From Klebsormidium nitens (lineage: Eukaryota > Plantae > Klebsormidiophyceae), in NCBI GenBank assembly GCA_000708835.1, contig DF237483.1:1-61838 (forward strand): a DNA stretch of 61,838 nucleotides, written 5' to 3'. Below the pieces are notes generated by a model, which saw nothing but the letters and a program-made list of their open reading frames with translations, did no database searches and was not told where the DNA came from. How positions within the stretch are numbered: the stretch's first letter is position 1; every line of letters starts with the position of its first letter. Of the stretch, positions 61,634 to 61,838 are shown one piece after another. The translations under genes were made by a program, and so were the position numbers.

Positions 61634-61838
61634 AGCGATTGGATGAAAACCAAGTTTCTGAGTACTGGCGTACTGAGATTATGGAGCTTTGACAGTTGAC
61701 TTTGACTTCGGCCCGAGTCCTTGTATAGTAGAGCGTTTACATATCAGTCTGCGCCGCGCATAGAGCCTGCTAAACAACTCTTAATTGGCTGGTTACATTT
61801 AGATTTTTGCAAGCACATCAATTAACGATCGTTATTGG

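Overview
This is eukaryotic nuclear DNA: intron-rich genes, GC-rich exons, GT..AG introns of a few hundred bp, and one N gap at 53887-54084. Gene content and style suggest a streptophyte alga, possibly Klebsormidium (inference, not verified). Eleven protein-coding genes could be reconstructed by hand from splice sites and frame arithmetic: a class I SAM methyltransferase, TFIIIC subunit 5 (with an apparent frameshift in a G12 run), an ACR3 arsenite exporter, a 1711-aa trypsin-fold plus disordered protein, a tandem pair of 2OG-Fe(II) dioxygenases, an intronless SDR, a two-domain GNAT, a USP protein, a secreted PI-PLC-X protein, and a His/Gly/Thr-rich LEA-like protein. The best novelty candidate is the dioxygenase pair. 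Both copies carry a SWIM-type zinc finger (CxC-x11-CxH) on two frame-neutral phase-0 exons inserted upstream of the catalytic core, so the finger could be spliced in or out. Second is a Cys-rich N-terminal extension of ACR3 that may be assembled from 9-nt and 6-nt microexons. Also present: a 272-bp foldback palindrome, a dispersed G-rich repeat family, several decayed duplications of exon boundaries, an intron present in only one paralog, and decayed mobile-element-like DNA. No rRNA, tRNA or CRISPR array was found. All family assignments come from motif recall; no database searches were run.
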